Source of the DNA: a virus
Lineage: Duplodnaviria > Caudoviricetes
DNA: 44,817 nucleotides
Strand: one strand, 5' to 3'
Virus record (IMG/VR): IMGVR_UViG_3300032243_001875
Span: 1 to 44,817 of that record
Below the pieces are notes generated by a model. The model saw only the letters and a program-made list of their open reading frames with translations, was not told the origin of the DNA and did not search any database. Below are positions 44,241-44,817 of this stretch, piece after piece. The position numbers were made by a program, and so were the translations under genes. Within the stretch, counting starts at the first letter, position 1. Each line of letters begins with the position of its first letter.

Positions 44241-44817
44241 ATGAATATTGATACATTTACTTATACATTAGATATCGACAGAGTAGGTCAACTAAATTTG
44301 GGATTGTACCAAATAACTCCAGAGCAATTCTGTCATTTTGCACAAAAGCTTGGACAGCTTAAGGCGCCAGCGCAAATGATATCCGCCAACGGCTTTGCAA
44401 AAACCATGCGTAGTTCTTTTGAGCATAAGGACAAGATTCTTAATTTACTTGCAGAAATGGGAGCCAAAGAGAACAGGACTGGAACTTTTGCAGTCCCACA
44501 GTCATTCAGGCCAAACGATGATGTTATCATTCAATTAAAATCTTTTGAATTAGGCCAAATACATATAAACACCAACAAATTCAGCGCCATATTCTATAGC
44601 ATAACACGCAATATATTTAAAGATCATTTCAGAGCAAGTGGAGAAAACGATTTTTTCATATCTTCAGTAAGTAAAGATTTATTTCAACAGTATATACAGG
44701 CTCTAAAAAGAAGTAATTTTAATACTACAGCTTTAGAGCCAGTCATCACAAAATTGCCAGAAGGTAGCACTGCAGTTATAAATCCGATAGTCAGAGCAAC
44801 AGAATCTGATAAATCTG
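44241..44817 (+). CDS. hypothetical protein (partial, runs off window end)
   Basis: Manual translation MNIDTFTYTLDIDRVGQLNLG... stays open to the end of the window; TCGAAA 9 nt upstream. Confidence 0.7.
   Translation, partial: MNIDTFTYTLDIDRVGQLNLGLYQITPEQFCHFAQKLGQLKAPAQMISANGFAKTMRSSFEHKDKILNLLAEMGAKENRTGTFAVPQSFRPNDDVIIQLKSFELGQIHINTNKFSAIFYSITRNIFKDHFRASGENDFFISSVSKDLFQQYIQALKRSNFNTTALEPVITKLPEGSTAVINPIVRATESDKS

Noticed and set aside
1-44817. CRISPR array, rRNA, transposase/integrase, reverse transcriptase/DGR
   Set aside because: No regularly spaced repeats, rRNA-like tracts or recognisable motifs for these were seen by eye.

Overview
This 44.8 kb window looks like part of a large (jumbo-type) bacteriophage genome in the standard genetic code. 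It has densely packed orphan ORFs, a tRNA cluster and auxiliary metabolic genes, and no ribosomal or core cellular operons. No virion structural gene is in the window, so the phage call is an inference. Three PAP/PSP-type PEP-CTERM-like sorting signals and the style of the CsrA suggest a planctomycete (Phycisphaerae-like) host. The left arm (1-15.7 kb) carries small hypothetical genes, a degenerate HNH protein, a TrmH-type methyltransferase, a cytidylyltransferase, purA, five tRNAs plus an odd tRNA-shaped RNA, csrA, gmd and thioredoxin. From 15.9 to 36.3 kb and from 39.3 to 44.2 kb there is a very large glycan-synthesis island: about 20 glycosyltransferase-like genes (GT2, GT4, GT7, GT10, GT11, GT23/NodZ-like, GT25, GT31-like, GT47-like), GDP-fucose synthase plus a chimeric dead copy, sugar methyltransferases, two SDR epimerases and a split transketolase. 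The most unusual observations are: a tRNA-Ser with the rare ACU anticodon next to a non-canonical cloverleaf RNA; phage-borne PEP-CTERM-like proteins together with a fucosylation toolkit; short peptide tags (MNWxKxA and ISxxxWxxIGxSQGW) shared by unrelated proteins; two promoter classes (sigma70-like with an invariant 16-bp spacer and leaderless starts, and a YCGAWA motif); an intergenic H-type pseudoknot; and a CsrA site over the csrA ribosome-binding site. Protein family calls come from recognising motifs by eye; no searches were run.
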